Shown here piece after piece: positions 12,801-25,010 of a DNA stretch of 64,000 nt. The first letter of the stretch is position 1; each line of letters opens with the position of its first letter. The DNA lies in the NCBI RefSeq assembly GCF_006345805.1, contig NC_043000.1, forward strand, positions 53,692,001-53,756,000, in the 5' to 3' direction. The notes under the pieces were generated by a model. It made no database searches and had not been told where the DNA came from. It saw only the letters and a list, made by a program, of their open reading frames with translations. A program made the translations under genes and the position numbers. Origin of the DNA: Octopus sinensis (taxonomy: Eukaryota).

Positions 12801-13699
12801 TTTCAACTAAATTAATAGGTATTAACTTTGTGTACTCATGATTTGATGAATTTATCCAGTTTAACAATATTAGAGCATTAAATTTTTATTCATTACTGTG
12901 TGTATGAGTGTATGTGCGTTCATTTGTAAGCATGCGTACATATGCGCATGTATGCATCTATGGGAGTATATTTATACAAAATCAGCATGAGCATGTTGCA
13001 AATGACTTAATTGCTTCAGTCTAGAATCTAAGCAGAAAAGCTTGACTTGGTTAAAGTTTCTATTCCAGAAAACACTTTTCTTCAAAGTTTATTTATTATT
13101 TTATGTATAATATGAAAAAGTATTTTGCTTTTAAAAATATCGTTATTGTGATTAAAAATATTAAAGCCATAAAAAATATCACAAGGTAGTTGTTTCAAAA
13201 ATCTAGCTGAAGAAATCGACATAATATTTTGAAAAAATGTTTATTTATTTCATCAAAATGTCTCTGAAAAACATTTTCCTATACTTTCTATTTATTTGAA
13301 CAGCATATGTGTTTGATAAATCAACAAAGGCTACTGAATACTTTTTGTTTTGCTTCATATTGCAAATTTATAGCTGCAAAAACTCTTCAAAATTCGTTTG
13401 TCACAGGTTTTGGCTTTTTCGATTTATTTCGTTGGGTTGCTTAACTGATTTTACATAGCATACTTAAAAATAATTTTGAATTGCAATGAAAGAGCAGAGT
13501 ATATCTCTCGAGAAATCGAAGTGAAAAAAAGACCTACAAAAAATATGGTTTTTCAAAATGTGTTACTAATTCCATCTTAGAAGTAATGGCAATTAATAAA
13601 CAAATATCTCCTGGAATTAGAATCATGCCTATATTCTGAATATTAAATATGGAGTAGTATATTCAAATATCTTTGACTGTTTTGAAACATCGGTTATAA

Positions 13700-14950
13700 T
13701 GGACAAATTCACAGCCCACCGCAATGTTGAATAACGTACCTAAAGTCTACTAGCACAAGTCATGTGATATGTGGCATAATGCTAAATAATAGGAAGCGAA
13801 GTAAATAGTCATAGTCTCTGAAAAAATTACGGATGATTTCCGTCAGTGAATGACAGTAAATAAATTTGCTATTAGCAACAGAAGCAGTATTGGTTCAAAA
13901 TAACATTCTGCATATATTAGTTAACGTAGTTATACAATTGGAAAATCGCAAGACCGCAGCATTTTTCTTCAGAAAATTTCTTGTACAGAATTTAAGTTCT
14001 GAAAAGCATAGAAGCGTATTAGTAGCTGGCAAAAAACATCCACCACCGCTGCTGGAAGATTTTCGCCTGTTACTGACAAACTTCCAAGCTTTTTAGCACA
14101 ATACATCTATACGAAGTTTCTTAAGACGAATACTGCTGTTTCGTTTGTGTACGTTATGTAAGATATACAGAATACCAGAATAAAGTTTATAAAATATGTT
14201 TTGTAGTAAGAGGAAAGGTAACTCCCGACAGTTTAGAAAAAAAACCTTCTTCACAGTGAAGGGAGACAACGTATACGAAGTCTGATTAAACATTGCTTTA
14301 ATGATCTTAATTTGAAAATGAAAATAGATAGTACAGCTGTATATCGCACTGTTTGATGCACCTGATTCCAAATAGAGTGAAACCTCTCCTATCCGGCACC
14401 ATTGACACCGGGATGTTGACACATAAATTAAATTTTCCGGAAATCTGATCAGTAGTCTTTAAATTACCATTGCACTTTACAAAACTCATTAAAAGTTTGC
14501 ATATTAGCATGAGTATTATCAGTGATATTCCCAGAATGGTAAAAATGAATGAAATGTGAGGAAATGTAAGTATGATTTAAGCAATGAACAATTTTATGAA
14601 TTTAATAAAGAACAGGTACATTAAATGTAGTAGAATGTAATAGAATACTGTAATTTGAGAAGCAACGACTTATTTTAGATTTAGAATAAACACTCTTTCT
14701 TTTAGTGGCATTGGATAAATTAACATAAGTTCTCGTTAATCTAATTCACAACATGTAATTATTTTCTTTGTAATAATATATAAATACCTAAAGCAGCCGC
14801 CACCTAGAAATATGTGCCGGTTACTTGAGATTGCCTCTTATTTTAGTATCGGATAGAAGGGAGTTTCCTGTACTATGTGTATTTATACCAACATGGTTAT
14901 TTATAGTTTAATAGGTGGAGTCAACAAGATCTGGCGCCTTGAAAGTATAT
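13700..14950 (-). mobile_element. Highly decayed piggyBac-like transposase
   Basis: Minus-strand fragments KLPSIRY, VSMVPDRRGFTLFG..KQ (DESMVP-type catalytic region) and QRWWMFF, in the order expected for piggyBac. Confidence 0.4.
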
Positions 14951-15564
14951 TGTAATCCGAAAAACATTGAAAACAGACCAGATTTTCATGTGCAGAATAC
15001 CATCGAAATAGAATTGTGCCATCAAATTTGAGCTGAGGTTAAGGTTAAGCAACAAGTATTTCAACCCCCAAAGCAGTTAAATAATAGATAAAACTAGTTC
15101 AACCAGATATAGCGTGAATCTTTTCTATATAGAGTTACAAATCACTATAGATTATGCATTTGACATGACAGCAAGCATTGATGATTGAGTAGTAAAAAGA
15201 TCTACTGTTATTGTCCATATTAATAATACGTATCTCAACATATTGATCTCAAAACTATAGATAGGGACAAATTATGCAGGACATAGAAAGAGACAATCAA
15301 ATGTTGAAAATGAATAATCATTTGCTACAATGTTTTTCAAAATTAAGTAGAAAAAATTCTGAATTAATACTGTAAGAACGTATTTTTTAGCAGTACCCCC
15401 ACCCCACCACATTAAAAAAATAAAAAGGAAATAATGGAAGTAGAAGATTTACTAGCTTATAGGAAAAAAAATAAACAAAATTACAGATTGATTGCCGGTA
15501 GTTTTGTAGTACTTATTAGAACGCAACTCTAGCTGGTTTGTAGTTAATCATAATAGCATGCCAA

Positions 15565-17203
15565 TCTATCAAATTATTGCTGAGCAGCATCGACGTACGT
15601 CACTGTTATTTTGTTGAATCGTTTATTGTTAAAATTGCTTCGTGTTTTTTAAACACATTGTAACACTTGTTTTACTGCCTTACGGCAGAAGTGGGTATCA
15701 AAAGTATAAACGATGGAGTACAAAAATCTCACCTTCTCGGAGCTTTCGTCTTCTGAGGAGGAACTATTGAAGTCTGTCGAAGGAATGGAAGGGAAACTGA
15801 AGAAAAGAAAATTTGCGGCACGCTAAGTGCCACAATAAAGAAGTCGAACTAACAGAAGTGAGTAAATATAAGAACTTGGTGTGTAGGGAGGGGGCCAAAT
15901 GAAGGTGTTCCTTCCTCAAAATGTTTTGAAATATACCAAAGAGAAAAGTACAGTATATAGAACGTACTCCACGAAAATAAAGAAAATCGAAATAATGACG
16001 ACCACACAAGTAGAAAAAGCCTGGCAAGAAATTTCGAACATTGCCAGAGGAAGGAAATTCAGAACAGTGGAGCTACACATCCTAGAGGTAGCTATTGCCA
16101 GGTTACACTCGGCACCCCCTTTAAACACAGAAGAAGTATTTCCTTGGTACCTACATACCTTGGGAGACATACCAAGGAGTGACGTAGCCTGGTTAGTAGC
16201 TGCCATACTACTAGGCAATGAAGATAAGACAGTGGGCCTCCAGGTTACAAGAATAGTTCATAAGATTTGGCAAAGATAGACCCTGGATTTAATTATCCAG
16301 GCGGCTCCGGAAGACATCGAAAATATAGTAGAAACTATCACTATAGAAGATGTGATAATCAGAATCAGAGTGGAGGCCAGGACCCTGCGTTGCTACAAGT
16401 GTGTCCTAAAAGGCCACATTAGAGCGGACTGTCCTCCGCCGCCCAAAAAGCCCCAAGAAGGACTCGTGAGTAGGCACCTAAAGTGCCAACAAAAGAAAAG
16501 TCAAGTGCTTAGGCAGAAGAAGCATACAACGAACGGAGTGGAAAACGGTCGGAAGGAAGAAGAGAAAAAGAGGAAAAGGCTCACCCTGTGTACGTTGACC
16601 CCCCATCCCAACGTCCATCGAACACCCACCCACTCCCACCTTGCCCCACCCTCCTCTCAAGACGCCAAATCTCCCCGCTCCCCTACGACACAAAGAAAAA
16701 CGCAGAAACACAAGAGCCCCAAAACTTCCCCTCTCCTGGCCTGTGAAAAAACAAAAGCAAAATAACAAAACACGTAGTGACATACGACGGTTTAAATAAA
16801 GAACTCTGCAACGAATTAGACACTTGGGAAGATGCAATACCAGTTAATACGACAATTTATACTGGACTACCATGGCGTTATATTAGTATGCTGGCAAACC
16901 AGGATCCAATGTCAAAAATAGTTAACTACAGTGACGACTTTGAATATTGGGAGAAAACAATGGATACTAGATAGATGCCAAGATATATCAACTATCTTGA
17001 GCTCTGGAATGTATACAATATTGACATTCTACAGAAAGATGGAGTTGGATTGCATTAAGGTCGCATTAATGGGATAAATGAAGTCGCTCGGAGGTGGGGC
17101 CGAAAGGCTTAATTTTCATTTAATTTTTCTTTCATTCGTTTTTTGTCCCCACATGTTTTGTGTTGTCCCCTCTATGTTGTACCCCCTGTAAGAAATAACG
17201 AAT
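15565..17203 (+). mobile_element. L1/Tx1-like element carrying ORF1 (gag-like CCHC knuckle) with no recognisable ORF2
   Basis: ORFs 15899-16279 and 16352-16765 are in the same frame, separated by one TAG, and contain CYKCVLKGHIRADC (Cx2Cx4Hx4C). Flanked by the identical 21-mer ttaatcataatagcatgccaa at 15544-15564 and 17204-17224. Confidence 0.7.
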
Positions 17204-17649
17204 TTAATCATAATAGCATGCCAAGCTCGCTTGGCGGTAATTGACATTTCATGTTGAGGCGAAAATAGACAAATACTCAAAGACGAAACCACAAATGAGA
17301 AAGGGAGGCACGAGTTTTTAACTTCTCGATTCATTATATTTAATATCATGTTTGACATCCAGTTTACACTAAACTTGATCCTTTGCAGCCGCTATCACTA
17401 TGGTCTTTGTATCTATATAAAAAGGTTTTCCATACGTATTCTTTATACCTTTCATGTGCTTATTCCTTGCTCCTCTAAATGCCTCAACGTTTATAGTATC
17501 ATTTGTCGGTCTTATGATGAGGGTTATTAATCAAATTACACGCCGAATCAACAAAAGCTTGGCGAAATAGCGGTTATTTAAAATGTTAATTTTGTGGATT
17601 GCTAAATAACACCCATAAGATCTGGTAATAAACTAACAAAACTGAATCT

Positions 17650-18400
17650 TTAAAATTCCCAACATCTCCCTATTTCATTAGAGAGGATTATTTTGATGGA
17701 ACCACTTTATCTGGACAGATGTTTTTCTCTCAAATTGCTTATGGATAGCAGCTAGAAGGTGGATTTGTTGTAATATTCGATGTTCCCAACATACAAAAAC
17801 TCTTTTCTATCTTTAGAAGATCGAGCAATATTTCAAAGTGGAATAGAATGCAGATTATTCCGTAAGTTCTTCCAAATATTTACTGCCCAGACTCGGTAGA
17901 TCGCAGAATTGAATGTGTAGTTTAGTGATAAGTACTATTTTTCATTCCAAAGGCTCTATCTTAAAATTTTCACCGTTACGTTTATGGAAGATGCTCAGAT
18001 AAGCTTCATTCCTTCGTCATTGATAACGCTAATGTTGGTATTTTCTGTTGGAACTTAGTATAAAGACAGAAAATAACAAATAACTAACTGAGCCACTGAT
18101 TTGTAGCATTTTTGCTAGAAGCAAATCGAATATTCCAACACTGCTGTTATTTTTTAATCAAGTTCTCCTCTGAATCAGGTACATATAAAATAGATCTCGT
18201 ATTCAAGAAATTATATTCAGTATCCCTTTCCATATTTCCCTTGTAAGCTTTCCTAGCAACAAAGAGTAACTGTAAGACCTTATCTAAATTTAACCTGGGC
18301 TGTTGGTTCAATTGTTTGTTGTGCCAATCTAATTTTAAATGTTTAGCCAAAAATAACAATCTGGAAAATACCGTACACTTTCAACGCAACGATGATTTGC
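17650..18400 (-). mobile_element. Possible hAT transposase remnant
   Basis: IEKSFCMLG..ITT (dimerisation-domain-like ERxFS) and LKLD...LDKVLQL on the minus strand; very degenerate. Confidence 0.3.
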
Positions 18401-19013
18401 ATTTCACACATGGCATAAGGGTTTTCAAAGACAAATAACTTACCAAATATGACAGTTTGGCTTAAAGAAGATTTTCGCTTCAGATTTAAACCACTGTGCA
18501 ATATATTGAATCTTGTCTTGGAATATGTTTTTATGCCACATACTAATCATGTGTAAAAAATAATATTAGGTCGTGACATAACAGAATATTCTATAGTGGA
18601 ACACATTTGGCAGTTCCTTTTGTAAAGCTCAGTATATTTATCGATTTTCAACAAATTCAGTGTTAAATGTTAACAAAATAAGCATTATATTCATAGTTTA
18701 CCTCATCACTTTTAGAATTAGGATTACAAAACATTTCATTGTCTTTTTAAAAAATTTAAACAGTACAATGAAGCGTGTAAAAAATAGAATTCACTATCGT
18801 AGTTATGCAGTATATTGTAATACGTAATTGTAATAAACTGTATATTGAATAACTTTAATTTTGTTTCACTGGAAGAAATAGGAAACCTATAAAACGTAGA
18901 ACTTGTCAAGTGTGTCTGTATATATCCGCTAAAATTTCTGTAATTCTTCTTCCCTCTTCCTCCGTTTGTATGTCTGCTCTCTTTCTCTCTCTTTCCATGT
19001 ATGTATGTGTGTG

Positions 19014-19062
<49 letters not shown>

Positions 19063-19554
19063 CGCATCGGCTTTCCCACTCCTTGCCACACAATAGACAA
19101 GTGTAGGTTATAAATTAAAATAATTAGCACATCCCGTTATAAAATATTGTAAATTTTATGTTGGATTTTTATTACTTATGCTCAAATAAGCATAACGCAA
19201 TGTAGCGAAGTAATGTTTGCATTGCTTTCTTTATCTTCCACCTGTAATCTTAGACAAGGAAGATTACAAATATACAGCAAAAATATGTGTACTTCTTTAA
19301 ATGATGTCAGTATTTAGTTTTAATAAGTCTTTCTTGCTTTCCTAAAATCTAATTATTTGATTTTCCTATTATATATATATTCTGATTATGAAGTTAAACT
19401 ACACGTTTATTTACCCTAATCATTATTTGAATAAAGGACAATAATAATGTTTCTGATTTAGTTAGAAGCACTGCAATGTTACATGGGCGTAGTTAGTAGA
19501 ATAAATATCCACTAGTTCTTGACAGCTATTTCATTTTAAATGTTTTGAAAAGAG

Positions 19555-19620
19555 GAAAAACAAAGTAGACGTCGGTGGAATTTGAGCTCATAACGTCCTG
19601 AGCCGAAGAAGGATACGAAA
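19555..19620 (-). mobile_element. MetaSINE fragment
   Basis: aaagtagacgtcggtggaatttgagctcataacgt is the reverse complement of the Meta-domain start. Confidence 0.6.
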
Positions 19621-19789
19621 CATAGAATAAATAAAGAAGAGCATGTTGACTTTTTATGGCCTTTTGGGAATTTGGCTATTCTAAACACACGCAGTTAACT
19701 CAAAAGAATGCTTCTCTTGCATAGTAAATATCTGTGCTTCTAGTGAAAGTAAGCAAAGTAAATCCCCTTTACATTAGAGTCTTCGAGCT

Positions 19790-19990
19790 GGTGATCTTGT
19801 TTATAAGTAACTGATATCACAACATTCTTCATGAACGAAACAATAGTCCTTCACAGGGTTACCCATTTACAGTTGAGTGGAATGGAGCAATGTGAAATGA
19901 AGAAGTGTTTTACTCAGAAACCAAAGGCAACGCCCGATCCGGAATCGAAACCATGATCTGGCGATCTTTAGTGCAATACCTTACCCACTC
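19790..19990 (-). mobile_element. tRNA-derived SINE family C
   Basis: Reverse complement gagtgggtaaggtattgcactaaagatcg...tttcgattccgg...tttcacattgctccattccactcaactgtaaatg matches the 33805 copy. Confidence 0.7.
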
Positions 19991-20294
19991 AATAAAGCTT
20001 CTCCTACAGTGATAGAAGTAAATTCCTTATGTACAACTGTTGTCGTATAAGTGAAGGTTGCTTTTGTTGCTAAGCCCTGTTCAACTTTGACTGAAAAGAT
20101 CCATAATCGAAGAGGCTGCAGGTATTACTACCTCATACTTCTGTATCGACAGAACATTATTGTCCAATGCTTTATCTCTCTTTTAATATGATAGAGCATG
20201 GTTTTCAGGAAACTCCCCGATTGAAGTCATATGGAAATAATTTTACTGATATTCTTTTTTTAAGGGTACACAAAAAATTTTTATGGCAACATTT

Positions 20295-20508
20295 TGGTTT
20301 CAAAATATAGCACAAGGCTAGGAAGATCGGAGAGGGGTAAGGCGTTTATATAGGTCCCAGTGCTTCACTGGTACTTATTTTTATGCAGCACGAAAGGATG
20401 AAAGATAAATTCGACCTCGGCAGAATTTGAACTCAGAACGTTATGACGGATTAAATGCCGCTAAGCATTTTGCTCGGCATGCTAACGATTCTACCAGCTC
20501 GTTGCCTT
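20295..20508 (-). mobile_element. MetaSINE
   Basis: cgaaaggatgaaagataaattcgacctcggcagaatttgaactcagaacg...gctaacgattctaccagctcg. Confidence 0.85.
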
Positions 20509-20538
20509 ATTTGTAACAAAATTGATTGACAGAATGTC

Positions 20539-20735
20539 AAGAAGGCAGAATCGTTAGTCTATAGTACGAAATGCCCAGCAGTATTTCTCCTGACACATTA
20601 TTTTCTGAGTTCAAATATTGTAGATGTTAACTTTGTCTTTCAACTCTTAGGAAGGCAACACGCTAAGTTTCTAATTAAGTACTGGGGTCGATATTATCGA
20701 CGTGTCCACGTTCCTCAAAATATCTGCCATTGAAC
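20539..20735 (+). mobile_element. MetaSINE (older, degenerate)
   Basis: ggcagaatcgttag...ttctgagttcaaat...ctttgtctttca...actggggtcgatattatcgac. Confidence 0.75.
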
Positions 20736-20884
20736 ATTGTAATTGATTTGTGTCCTGTTCAGAGGAGTCTTGTGAGCTCGGTTACTTCTATATCAGCCGG
20801 CCTTATCTGTCCCTGTGGGTGATTATAACCGATTTGCTCCCCCAACTCAAAATATTTGGTCTCATATGAAAATTAGAAAGAATT

Positions 20885-21075
20885 ATTATTGAGTGAAAGA
20901 GAAGCGCATGCCATCAAAGTGATACTGAGATACAAATATACGAAGCCCAATATACCCATCATGACTACCCGTCTGATAATAGTACACTGGGCACATGTAT
21001 CACAAATATATGTGCACAACATGGTGATCTCATATGAAAATAAACAGAACATGACCTTGCAGGTGGGGGACCATA
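20885..21075 (-). mobile_element. 3' terminal segment of the R4/Dong-like LINE family
   Basis: tgagtgaaagagaagcgcatgccatcaaagtgatactg...gaccttgcaggtgggg matches the copies at 45457, 46104 and 46551. Confidence 0.75.
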
Positions 21076-21104
21076 TTATTATTATTATTATCATTATTAC
21101 TATA

Positions 21105-21325
21105 AGGCAGCGAAGTGGCAGAATCGTTAGCAGGCAGAGCGAAGTGCTTAGCGACATTTCGTCTATCTTTACGTTGTGGATTCAATGTTCGCCGAGTTTG
21201 ACTTTGCCTTTCATCCTGTCAGGGGTCAATAAATTAAGTACCAGTGAAACACTGGGGTCGACGTAATCGACTAGTCCCTTTTCCCAAAATTCCACGCCTT
21301 GTGCCTATAGTATAAAGAATTATTA
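21105..21325 (+). mobile_element. MetaSINE
   Basis: aaggcagcgaagtggcagaatcgttagc head plus Meta domain; preceded by (ATT)n. Confidence 0.85.
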
Positions 21326-23197
21326 TTAATGATATAAAGTTGTCATGAGCTGATGCTATTACTTTGTTCTGTCTGAATACTACTGAATACAAATAATTTC
21401 TTCGAAATTTTGCAAAAAGGAATTTCCAGGGGCCTCTGCTTTATTACACGAGAGGGAAAGTTTGATTGTTTTTCTGCCTTTTTGTTTTGTTTACGCCGAA
21501 CCCAAAATGACATTTTTTCAGTGAAATTCCTACCCTCAGTAAGTAAAACAAAAGAAATCCTTTGAAAAGAGAAAATTAATTTCACAGCAAGACGCACTCA
21601 TTTTTCAGGAATATATAAAGATAGCCCAACTTCAGTAAATGCTAGTTTGAAGAATTTGATCGATAATATTAAAATCCACAACAGAATCTTATTTTCTGAA
21701 TTAAAGAAATGCAAATTCATAAAAAAAATAACGTATCGTTTTGAGAGATAAAATAGAGATTGTTTCACTCGCTTTAAGTGCAACAAATAGAAAGTAAACA
21801 CATTTGTCTTATTAAACAAAATTAGCTACGTGGTAGATACATCGTGCATAGGGAAATACCTCCCTCTACGAGGTCTTTATCGGAGATCGTGAAAGGTGGT
21901 CATATATATATGTATGTATGTATGTGTTTGTGTGTGACTCCCTTGATGCATCAGGTCTTTTATTATACTCCGAAAACACCAACTTGAGATACCCGTAGTC
22001 GATATACGGAGCAATATTTTAGATCAAGTTGAGGTTTTCAAAACTTTGGACGAAACGACTAAGAACAAGTTAATGCGTAAAACGTAAATCTAAAAGATAC
22101 TGCCAAACTGCGTGGGGAGTGCAACAATGAATTCCCATTGAAAAACATTGGTGATGACGTTGACCCTTCGCTTGTCTGCATATTTGTTGCATTTATGGGC
22201 AGATGGTGACATACAACGTGAAAAAGACGACATGTGAGCAAGTGGTTGGGAGTGTCCCGTATGTTCATGCATGTCTTAATGAACTCCGAAGACAATACAG
22301 ATATTTTGGAGAATAGTTTTAAAAAGTAAAACAAAAAGCAAAAGAAATATGGGTTTCGGTGTAGGGCAGAAAAGGCAGATGTTACACGTTTGCAATTAGG
22401 TGCCGTTTGAGAGATTGCTTCCTGCAAGTACAGGAAAACAGAACAGAACAGCGGAAATAACTGCAATTAGAGAAACTGCTATTGTGATTCAAGTAATATT
22501 AATGCGATTTCCTCGCACTTTGTTTCAGAAAACAAATGATCAGGAACCCACTCTTACAACCATAATCATGAGCATCTTCCATCATTTTGAGACTGTAAGG
22601 TGGGAAAGAGAAGATAAGTAGGGTTGGCAGAATAGTGGAATTAGTAAAAGAAAATGTAATTTCCCCCAGCAAAAGAAAATATGTTTTGCAGTTCAGAAAT
22701 GCCACTTGACATTTGTCAAGTGGTAATCGAAAACGAAAACGTCAGCTAATATAGCAAGGACTTTTACTAACGTGGCAAAAGAGGTAGAATGTATTACGGG
22801 ATATCTCGTCATCAAAGCTACTTAATCTTTATACTAGGTCAAAAGGCCAACAATATTCCATCAGATATGTCGGAAAATATGAAGTAAGATGATATGAATT
22901 GCGTGAAACTTAGTGAGGCAGAAACGGAGACAACATACATAAAAAAAACACTCAGCTGTGAGAATGTCAGCGAAATCAAGTTAATTTTCCATCACCAGAA
23001 AAATGCCTGCCCACAGTATGTGTTGCGCTATAGCCAACAAAGGAAATGCTTATGTGTGCAAGTAGGTATTCTGACCTAATAGTTTCACGAAATCTAGTCG
23101 GTGTTCAAAATTTGCTGGTGGGAGTCACTTTTTGATTTTTGTATTTATGAATTATATCACGTGCAATTATAATATGTTTCAATATATTCAGATTTAC

Positions 23198-23415
23198 AAA
23201 GGCGGCGAGCTAGTAGAATCAGCACGCAAGACAAAAATACTAAGCAACATTTCGTTCGTCTTTACGTTCCGAGTTCAAATTCTGCGGAGGTTGACTTTGC
23301 TTTTCCATCCTTTCGAGGCCAATAAAATTAGTAACAGTTGCGCACTTGGGTCGATTTAATCGACATAGCTGCTCCACCGGAATTGCTGGCTTTGTGTCTA
23401 AATTTTAAATCAATA
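23198..23415 (+). mobile_element. MetaSINE
   Basis: aaaggcggcgagctagtagaatcagcac head, Meta domain, tail aattgctggctttgtgtctaaattt. Confidence 0.85.
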
Positions 23416-23429
23416 TATTCATAGGTATT

Positions 23430-24360
23430 GTGTAGGCATATGTCCTTCATCATTGTTTTGTGTTTATAGTTCTTTTTACAGTGTGCATCGATTTGCTGTA
23501 CTGCCTGTTTTGTTCTTTGTGTGATCTTCCCTGCGATATTTTAATGTTGACTTTGAAGTTTTAATTATAGTATGTGTTGTTTTCTTTATTTCTCTCCTGC
23601 TTCTTTTTCCCGATGTTTAATCTATTGTTTAATCTCATGGTCGCTTCTTTTGTATTCTCCTCTCTATGTAACATGCCATATTTTGTGCCTGTAGTCTAAG
23701 TACATGGTGTCATTTCCTCTGGCTACTTAGTTTCTCGGGAGCTTGCTATTTGTCCCCTAAAATCTCTGAACGTTCGCAAGTTTACATGATTCTTGGTTTC
23801 GTCTAATTTTATAACTCGAGTCTATATTGGATGCAGTGTTGTTATGCAGTAGGTATGGAACACTTCGATATGATATCCATTCGTCCTGGTCCTGTACACG
23901 GTCACTCTTTGTGCTACAACTTTTTCTTTAGCTCGTCTATGGTGTCGGAACTCCAATTCAATCACGAAGACTAGCGCCTGATTTCAATAGTATAATCAGG
24001 CGGTCACATATACTTGTTTACCAATAAGGAAACACAATCATTGGGATTCCTATGCTTGCATTCTGTATAGGACAAATGTGGAGAAACTCGGGACTTCGAC
24101 GAGGATCAACAGGCCGGTCCGTTGTGGAAGACTTTCACACCGGGGATAATAGATAACTGTCAAGAATCATTGGCCTTGTAATTCTACTGGTGGAAACGGT
24201 GATCCGTAAAAGTAGCAAAAAGTCTGAGTAAATGTGTTTACTCTAAATATGCGGCTGGATCCGTGAGAATAATATTTAGAGGAGGTTACATGCTATTGGA
24301 GGTCTGTATATTTCTCGTTCTGAATGGTTCTATGGTTGGGTCTTGGCATACGATGTACGA
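23430..24360 (-). mobile_element. Decayed LINE 5' region with APE-like endonuclease (RTE-like)
   Basis: GRMDII...HCIQYR (CIQE-R-like motif) on the minus strand; many stops. Confidence 0.4.
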
Positions 24361-24424
24361 GGAAATTTTTTTATTTTAATGAATCAAACATTTTGAGACA
24401 AACATTCAATACAGTATATCAATA

Positions 24425-25010
24425 TTACCGACTTCTGCTCTCCCAAATCGCTGTCCTTGTGCCAAAATTATAAATAATAATGATGATGATGATTATAATA
24501 ATAACAATAATAACAATAATAATAATAATAATAATGATGATGATAATAATAATAGTAATAATAATAATAATAATAATTATTATTATTATTATTAAAGCGG
24601 CGAGATGGCAGAATCGTTAACACATCGGACAAAAACGCTTAGAGGCTTAGCGAACGTCACTACTTTCTAAGTTTAAATTCCGCTGAGGCCGACTTTGCCT
24701 TTCATCCTTTCGGGATCGATAAAATAAGTAGCAGATGAACATTGGGGTCGATATAATCGACTCATCCCCTCCCCTCAAAATTGCTGTCCTTGTGGCAAAA
24801 TTTTAAACCCTTATTATTATTATTGTTGTTGTTGTTGTTGTTATTAGTAAGGTGGCGAGCTAGCAGAATCGTTAGCACGCCAGACGACACGCTTAATGAT
24901 ATTTCACCCGTCACTACGTTCTGAGTTCAAACTCCGCTGTGGTCGACTTTGCCTTTCATTCTTTCGGGATCGATAAATTAAGTACCAGTTGCGTAATTAT
25001 TATTAATATT
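24425..25010 (+). mobile_element. Head-to-tail MetaSINE array separated by trinucleotide repeats
   Basis: Tail fragment 24425-24475, (AAT)n/(ATT)n, copy 24593-24810, (ATT)(GTT)n, copy 24848-24995. Confidence 0.85.

Noticed and set aside
14093-14510. Initially considered a Helitron helicase C-terminus
   Set aside because: No HGQLYVA-SR motif; the fragments fit piggyBac order better, though still weakly.
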